A stretch of 64,000 bases of DNA from Yuukianura sp. NJ FZ-2021 (taxonomy: Eukaryota), in contig CM102286.1 in NCBI GenBank assembly GCA_046563655.1, positions 5,146,001-5,210,000 of the forward strand, given 5' to 3'. The notes below the pieces were generated by a model. That model was not told the origin of the DNA. It made no database searches and saw only the letters and a program-made list of their open reading frames with translations. Position numbers and translations under genes: made by a program. Positions 55,552 to 64,000 of the stretch are shown here, piece after piece. Position 1 is the stretch's first letter; every line of letters starts with the position of its first letter.

Positions 55552-56137
55552 ATGAAACCTATTCTTAGGTAAGATTAAATAAAAAAACAATGAGAAAATA
55601 ACTTAACACGAGTAGAACTCTAATATAATTTAACGTAGGATCTCGATTGTGCTACTGCTGAGCTTTGATGTCAAAACAGCAATTGGTGAAGACCAAAATA
55701 CGGCCCTAAAAATTCAACTGGGACTAATCGGCCAAATGGTGGTAAACGTTTTCACAGATCTTGGAAATCTGAAATCTGCTTTTGAAAAAGGTGGTTGCGA
55801 TGGAATAATTAAAAGGAAATTGCAACAATTTGACGCCAAATTCAAGAAAGTGAATCACCTTTGTATGACTCGGAAACCGGACGGGGATGATTTAGTTAAA
55901 TTTTCTGAAGAAATCAAGAAAATGGAAGAAGACTACCACCATGTGAGACAAACTTTGGATTGGGTTAAGAAAGACAAAAGCATAACTCCTGATAGGTGCA
56001 AAAATGATATCGATGATTTTTTGGCCAAAATTTTGGCGTGTTATGACAAATGTGAAAAAGAATTGCTGGAACCATGCACCGATGACTCACCAAAAATCAA
56101 GGGTGCTGTATCCGATGCGTTGAAAAAATACGACTAA
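55552..56137 (+). CDS. Secreted alpha-helical protein of unknown function, paralog B (171 aa, 2 exons)
   Basis: Exon 55552-55568 and exon 55639-56137 give MKPILRISIVLLLSFDVKTAIG-EDQ.... Same length and intron phase as paralog A. 6 Cys. Confidence 0.82.
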
Positions 56138-59100
56138 AGAAGAGGTTTGGTTTGGTATTGCTGTATGCTGTATATTGCACTATTTGTAGAAATCTTTGAA
56201 AATTATGAAATTTTAAAAATAAATTTTGTCTTTGCTGAGGTGGTTGGCCCCAAAAAGCGAAGTTGAATTTAGAAATCAGATTTTTAGGAATCAGGTGAGA
56301 ATGTGGCAAACTTTGGAGAAAGTTCGGTATGAAATTTTGGTTGCAATAAAGCTGCGGGTGAAGGATGACGCTATAAAAATTTCTATTTGTCGCTAAATCC
56401 ACACTCAGGTTTCAAGGATTCTGAATCTTTAGGCAGAGTAAGCTAATAAAGTTTGCCCTGTCATGTCATATTATTTTGAATTCAGTGCTATTCTTCCAAA
56501 AATTATCCACCATTATTAATCTTAATCTCAAATTGAATAGAATTAGTCCCTGCACCATCAGAGCGACTTTCAATGGCACGCTGGGGTTAGTTCAAATCCT
56601 TCGTCAGTTTAGTGATTGTTGAATCAGAAAAGTGACTTTTTAGATTCCTGACTTAACTGATTTGAGCTGAATACAAAAGTGAGTTGTGCTGCATCATGCG
56701 GGGCCTACATCGTTCTTTGTTCATTTGGATCTCTGCAGGGGTTTAATTATTAGGAGCACAAGATGTAACACTGATGAACTGGATTCTTCAGCGGGACATG
56801 CGGACGCGTCCTGCTATTTCAAATTCTTATTCTTTCAAACATGGGTTAAAAGATGTAAAGTAGGTGTTGTGCATCATTTTTAAATTTATAAAGCATTTTT
56901 TGCAATACTTTTCAATTTTTACGAAAAGTCTACAGAAACTTGGCTCCGTTTTCTTCCAATCTCGCCAAGGTGAACGAACTTTGCCTCCTTAAATCGGAAA
57001 GACTTTGTCTATGTCTAATGTCTATGTAGTTGACAACATGTAAGTTTTTGATTTTGAAAAAAAAAATGTTATGTTCCATTTTTTTTAAGGTTCAGTACAT
57101 GTTCGACAAGTTTCCTGGAATCGCACGACGCGAGCAAGTCTTTGGCACGCAATAACCAGTTATTACTATAATCTAATGTAAAAGCCTTATCTATAACAAC
57201 TTTGGCCTTGACCTGGCTTTGACCCGATGACCTTCTAGGTTTTGCTGGGGGAAATGTCATCAGTTTTTTCAGGGGAACCCTAACCTATGATTACCCGTAG
57301 TAGTACACAAAAGTCTTTCGGCACAACTTTGAAATCACGTTTTAAAAAGGAAAGCGACGGTTTTTGGCATAAGAATATGTTGGGCTAAAAACCAAGTACG
57401 AAGATCCGGAAGTTTGAAACGTCTCAGAAGAACTGAGATACAAAAATATCCAAAGTAATTAACTTTTTTTTTTGCTGTTGATGAAATATACAATGGTTGG
57501 CAAAAGTAGAATTTGATTAACATGTTTTAACAACTCAACTCATTGTTGAAGAAAATGCTTTCCCAGATCCGCAGAAATTAATTATTCTGAAAATTTTAGC
57601 ACATATACATAAGCAGGTTTACTTTAATTGAATTTTTTGTTTAAAGTCATGAATTGAGGGACGATTAACTTGTTCTTTTACATTACATACACAGATGTGC
57701 AATGCTTAACATTAATTTTTGAGCCAAAACAGATTTGAAAGCGTCGTAAAGCAATACATCGTGGAATTCGAAAAGTACAGTCTTATAATGTTCCATCTTC
57801 TTTTTGTTATTTTCCGACAATAAAAATTATATTTTTCTTTGCTTTTTGTTACATTTTACGCACATCTTCTAAGCAGTTCACTTTTTTCGGTTTGAAAACA
57901 ACCAACTAATATGCGAGAAACAGTGAATACAAAAGCAATTGCAAGGAAATTGTAGTGTTTTCAAGGCTATCAGGGTTATGGTAACTGGCAATGTCTTATT
58001 TCTATTAATTAATTAATTAAACCGTAGACCTTGGCCATTTGAAACTTTGTTTTGCACGGTCATTATGCTTCGTGTAGAAGTACGAGAAAAGTCATGGTTG
58101 AAATCCCACAAAATACAAAAATTAAAAGGTCCACAAAAACCTTCAGCAACGGCGAGATGAGGCGGCAATGATTCATTTTCTGGAAGAAACGTTTAAGCCG
58201 TTTAGTCCAGAGTCACGATTTCTTAAGGCCACAAGTGTCACACAGTGTCGGTTTGAATAACGTCTGAATCCATGTCTTGATTGTTAATTTTGGTTGGCGA
58301 TCCAGTAGCGTGAGAACTTTGGTTCCAGGTTCCCACAAGCTGTTTTCGGTTTCTTCCATGAATCCTTTGTAGTTCCATAATGTTCAACTTCCTGTTCAAA
58401 TTACCACTGGAAAATTGAAAACTTCCGTTCTCACATCAACACCTTGTAGAATTCTGACAACTCGTAACGGGGCTATCAGTGATTTTGAAATTCAGCGGTA
58501 CTTTTTTCAGGATTCTACTTTAGTCCAAGCTTAGGAATGTTTTTAAGACACAATTGAACTCAGACAAGGGCGAATTCCAAAAACTTCGAATATGAATGGG
58601 CTTTTGAAGGTTGAATTGTTTCGAACATATATTTGAACGTGGCTTAAGTTAAACTCAAAAGCGTGATATATTTTTCAAGGCGTGTCCGGTTTTTCTCATA
58701 GGAAACTCTTATACTTTCAGTTTTGAATTTCGTTTTAAACTGCGGATTGTGGAAGAAGTCTTTTAATACAAGTAGTGAGTGGTTTGAAGGCGGGAGATTT
58801 ATTGCATTCGGTAATCAAGTTCACACGATTCAATTTAAAATTGCCATAAATTATTCTTGCAACGTAATACGTGTAGTATGCACTACCAAACCGATTAGAT
58901 GAAATTAAGTTGCAAAATCTCTTTCAAACTTCCTCTTCTATCAAAGAATTTTGGTATAAGAAAAACACGGTTTCAGTTTCCTTTTAATTTTTCTTTTCTT
59001 GAAAGTTAAGGGAAAATAGTGGTCAAAATTTTGATTTGTAATGACTAGTGGATCGACCAAGACGAAGCGATGAGTTAGTAAACTTTCATCAGTTGTTGCC

Positions 59101-59927
59101 TCAATTTCTAACCAGTAAATCTCGTGTGCGGTCGACACAAAAAAGCAATTTGATTTATGATTCCCATTGTTATTTTGTTCAAGTTATGATGGATAGATCC
59201 CAGATTGATAAACTGGACAATTGTGAGACCTAGGGTAGGTTTTTTCTTCTTTTTCTTCTCTTGATTGATAGGATCGTACTGCGCCATGGCGTGTCAAGAT
59301 TCACCATGGCCGTAGAACTGGATTTCTTGTTTTAAACATTCTTAACAAAAAATACAAAGAGAAAAGTCATAAAAGTGTTTCACGAGATGAGCGAATTTGC
59401 AATTCCAAGTAACCAAACCCAATGAACTTTCGGCTTTTTAAAAATTCAGTTATACAAAATTAGCTACATGGTTTTCAAAAAACGAAACACTTTTAATTGG
59501 ATCTTACGTTTAATTAAAACAATCATTTTACGATTTTGTTAAGTTTCAAAAAAACTGGAGTAATTTATGACTCAACTTAAGACAAAAAGTTCTTTAACAA
59601 AGAATTTATGGCTATAAAGGTTAGACAAGTTGAAAATTCAAAGCAGCAGCTTTTAAATGAGATGTTTCCTTTCACTGATTTTCCCGGCAATCACTGCGCA
59701 GCCGAAATCATTGCATTTGTATTGCACATGCGCAGCTGCTTTTCCCATGCTCGGGCAATCATTTGAATCCAACTTTACTTTAGCTTAGACGTTTAAAATC
59801 TCTGCGCAGTAGTGTTTCACCTGCCCTTTGCATGCTTCGACTGTGACTTTAATGATATAAGGGAGGGAATATTTGAAAAAGAAACGATATGAACAGGATG
59901 AGCTGGTGCATACTGATGCGTATCTCC

Positions 59928-61625
59928 TTATTTCCCTTTCATTCTGGAAAATATACTTGTCTTGTCGGCCAATTTGATCTGCTTTTTAAGCGCAGAAGCA
60001 GAAATGTTCCGCCCACGTATTTTTGTAACATGGAGCCATAATCTCCTGGAAATGTAAACTGAACGGAACACTCTTGCCTTAATTGCAACTTTTGCTGGTC
60101 TCAAATGTATGAAAGAAGTGTGCCAACTTTTGAGTAGCAGCTCGAGTAACAATTTTTGGTTATATTTCAATTTTCCATTTTTTGTTGCTGAAAATTTACC
60201 TGTCCAGTACAAGACCTGCAGGAAACGGCGTGTCTGAAATCCAAGAATTAATTTTCTAGAGATGAAAAGAAGATTAATTACAGTTGAAACAGGCTTACAG
60301 GTGAGGCTGGGAACTTTTTGTTATGCTTTAGGATAATTATACAAAAACCAAGGTTGTTTTGGTCGTGCTTAAAAAATCCATCTCCAGCATCAAAGGTATG
60401 GTATTCATGTTGAACATTTTGAAAACATTCCTTGTATGCCCATGATATCCAGACATTCTCTTAAAATTTAATGTTTTTCCCTCTCCGTCCCATTGTTTAT
60501 AAATTGTTTTCAAATGAGTGTATTTAAGACTCACCCGACGTTTCATCATTGCGTCTGCGTCTGAGACATGACCAGCTCCAACCAAAAAGCGATTAAGGTT
60601 CTCACTCAATTTATTTTGGAAGTGAATGTGGTAGGGTGGGAGTTTGGAAAAATGGATCCCTAAGGGCCCGACTAATTTTTTTTCAGTTTCTCCCACGACT
60701 TGATCAAGTTTGGAAATTAATTTAGTGTATCCACTCAAATTGCTTCTCAAAAGAAATCCAGCGGCAAGTTTTTGAAAAGAATCAAAAGACGCTAGTTTTA
60801 TTAACATAAGTTATGAGCATCGTCTTGTCGAGTCATGTAGGGGATCCCTGCACCTGATTTTCTTGAGGCACGTTTAAGCATTCCTGTGGAGTATCCAAGG
60901 GCCCACTGTCTGACCCTGTGGCCCTTACATAAGATTTAGTTACTAGTTTCAAAAAATAGTAAACTTAAAGTAAGAGGAGGGAAGGGCTCTGGATCAGTTG
61001 GGTGTGGAGCCCATCATAATTTCAAGTTTTACGGGTGGCCCAGAGACGAGATGCTTTTTTTAAACTTCTTTTTAAAAAAAAACTTTAAAAAAGACGCACT
61101 GAAGCAGGTGAAAATGTTCAAGGGTTCCTTGTTCAGTTCTTTTTGGAATTAAAATGAGGGCCAAATAAATAACTGTTAATTTCTTCTTCTTCTTTTCCTC
61201 AATATAACTATGGAGCTTTTTGACTAAATTATTCCCACAAATTTCATAATTCTCCTTTTAAAATTTTTGAAAACGCCCTTCTCGGATCTCCGAAATTGTA
61301 GATGCAAGACATGCTAGAGCCTTTCACGGTGTATTAAGAAGAACTTAACACGCCCAGGAATCTGTACAAGGGAAGGATCTTTGACCAGTAATTGCCACGA
61401 TAAAGCCCTTTGTACTTTGCCGTCTGGGCCATCAGGGCTTTACTTCCATGAGGTCACGAATCCAGTGAGAAATTTTGAAAGACTCCGGACTCTTTTGTAA
61501 AATTTCAAAAATAAGTCAAATGAATTTGTTCGTATTCATCAAAATTTTAAAAAATTCTTCCTAAAATAAAATTTCCGCCACTGTTATGCCACACGCTCCA
61601 AAAACCGTCAAGAACATCAAATCCT
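59928..61625 (-). pseudogene. Unidentified minus-strand gene fragments or pseudogene
   Basis: 156-aa and 94-aa ORFs on the same strand with acceptor-like TGCAG sites. The upstream segment (~61200-61620) reads as protein interrupted by stops. No family recognised. Confidence 0.25.
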
Positions 61626-64000
61626 GCAAAGTTTAGAATCTTAATCATCGACTAAGCCTGACGTACGACCGGTTTAAACGGCCGGGCTTAACCAGCAGAT
61701 ATCCTGGAAGAAGTTTACGTGTTCAACATTATGTGGAATACTGCGCCGGCGCGTTGGTGTAGAAGTGCGCCAGGCAAGTTACTGACTTCCTTTGAACGCT
61801 TGAGTTGTCGCTAAACGCTTGTAGTCAGTTGAGCTTGGAGAAGTAGTCAAGGGCTGGTGCGTCCAAGGGGTTATACGGCGTACCCCTTACCTTCAAGTCC
61901 TTGGAAAGAAGCCAATTGAAAGCAAAAGGTTGCCAGTACACTGGGCTCACGCTACGAACAAAGTAACCAGGAAAATAATATAAGTGGGCAATAATCCATG
62001 ATCCTCAGATAAAGACACGAAAGAGCACTGCTTCAATCCGTGGGTTGGATTTAGGTTGTTCCGTCGTGCCTTATTCTTTGGGGCATTTCATCTTTGCAGT
62101 ATCGTTGGAAACCACCTTCCAAACATCTTCTGTCATTCTTCACAGAAACTGCCAAGCAAAAGGAAAGTATACGGCCAATCCCAGTGTACTTACAAAGTCA
62201 TTCACTAGTGCTTCAGAATGAAAGTGAAATTTAAGCATTGTTGTGTCTTTGAGTAAGGGTCTGTTGATCCAAGCGTGACTGTTTACAGAGAGGCCTTAAG
62301 GGTCGCTCTATTGTTTTCCAAAAGATTCCATTGTTGTGTTACAGTGTCTTTGGGTGTATCGGTTCTAAGATCTTCCTGGACACGAGACGACAATAGGGCT
62401 TAGGAGTAAGTGTCAACACGGAGATCAACTATGCAAGTGAATTAAGTTGGGCCAAACAATGGAAGGGTGACGAAGGGGTCCTGTGAATCATAGAGGATTC
62501 TGGAACTTTGTTTTGTTTGTGTTCCTTCGTGTGAGTAAATCTTGTTGGAATTTGAGCAGGGAAGTACTTAGTGTCAAAAGGAATAAGCCCTGTGTCAAGT
62601 GTAACAATACAATCTTTGAACAAAATCTGAGCTAACAAGATTCGACAATACGTCTCCTTCACATAAACCACTTAAAAATATGAAGTGGTTCTGCCACAAC
62701 ACTACCAACAGGAAAAAAAATGTGCTTCTATCAGCATTTTACATTTTTATGTACACTGTGCACGTCTAGCTCTGACGATGTTTTCGTGAAAGTGAAGTTT
62801 TGTTTTTAAAATGATAGGACTTAAGATTTAAATGGACGTGAATTGCAGTTGTTTCTTCCTCTGAAGCTCAAATTAGAGCACTTCCGGAGGAATAAAAACT
62901 TAATGCAGAGTTAATATTTTGGTTTACTTGGGTTGTGCGTTGTGCCTCCAAGTAATTTGCTGATCGTGAGCTGATGACAAATGATGAAAGTGAATATGAC
63001 AGGATGTGTTTAGGCTTTCAGCTACAATAGTCCTTGTTTTTTTGCTCATAAACTTCCATTGTTAAAATCCATTATTATGTACACAACCCCAAGGAAAGTG
63101 AAACAGGAGTCAAGGCTTCGGCGCACCCATTCGCTGACCAACACAATTCCAGTTACGGACGTCATGGACGAAGAGCACTGCGCAGGTACTGACAAGCGTA
63201 GTGTCTGGAATCAAGTTGTACGAAAACTAGTCTTGAGCCACGCAAATTTTGCCGACTATTTTAGAATTCTTTCTATTATTGATGTTTCTTCCAGCTTACG
63301 AGTTTAAAACTCTGTAGCCCAGCCGAGCCTCCGGACGTTCTAAAAATTTGCGAAAATTTTCCTCAGAAAGAAAGATTTTCCCTTGAACTTTCAATGCCTC
63401 ATTAGCTTTACGAATCTGGACTTTGCGCGATTTGAATTACTTTTAGGCAAAGATTCTCTCGGATTGACCTAAAACCGGTATCTTTTCCAAATTATTCGAA
63501 AATGGCGGGCGTGGGATCGAAATTTAAGACGGTTGTAATGAAATTATTTTTGACATAAGTTCATGTAATGTGCCCAAAAACGACTTGATAAATGAGGGTG
63601 GATCCTTGCTGTTTGTTTTCAACGAGGACAAAATATTGCGTGTGACTGTCAATAGTATCTTGGAGGGAATCAGGTGTATTATGGGCGGATGAGGAATGAC
63701 GTCGACGTTTCTTTCGGATCAAATTTTGTTCGAAGCGGATGAGAATGAAAATTTCCATTTCAAATGAAGCGATGGACGCCTTCTCGTTTTGCCATATTGA
63801 CTTGCAAATCATTTTGAATGAAAACTTTTGTCCCTTCCTGTGACACTTTAATAATACACATTGATGGATCGAATCAGCTCATCAGTCTTTAGATTGGAGC
63901 TCTTAAGGAATAGTTGTTGTTGGTGCTAAATAGCAAGTGCCAGGGGTGTCACGACGAACGACGCACTTGATGGGAAAATAATAACTCACGACTCGGAGCC

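Larger units (their letters stand above)
54270..56300. repeat. Tandem duplication of ~1.05 kb units
   Basis: Promoter region, intron, CDS and 3' flank of ~54270-55260 align with ~55330-56300. Confidence 0.88.

Overview
Eukaryotic (invertebrate, probably arthropod; inference from short introns and gene content) genomic window. Left: a spliced RS-rich matrin-type zinc-finger gene (ZNF318/CG9776-like, +) convergent with an ADAR2-like RNA-editing deaminase gene (-). Middle: a 44-bp tandem repeat and a ~26.6-kb array of a 59-bp AT-rich satellite, apparently framed by Helitron-like termini. The array hosts three kinds of insertion: a 300-bp solo LTR, seven copies of a 290-bp MITE with 8-bp TSD, and two copies of an 852-bp three-LTR miniature LTR retrotransposon (TRIM) whose every LTR contains a complete tRNA-like cloverleaf with Pol III A/B boxes. 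That element is the most interesting object here. Right: a Merlin-like foldback MITE, KRR1, MGME1, a tandem pair of diverging secreted 171-aa orphan genes, and poorly resolved, probably decayed coding sequence. All coordinates were counted by eye and no database search was run.
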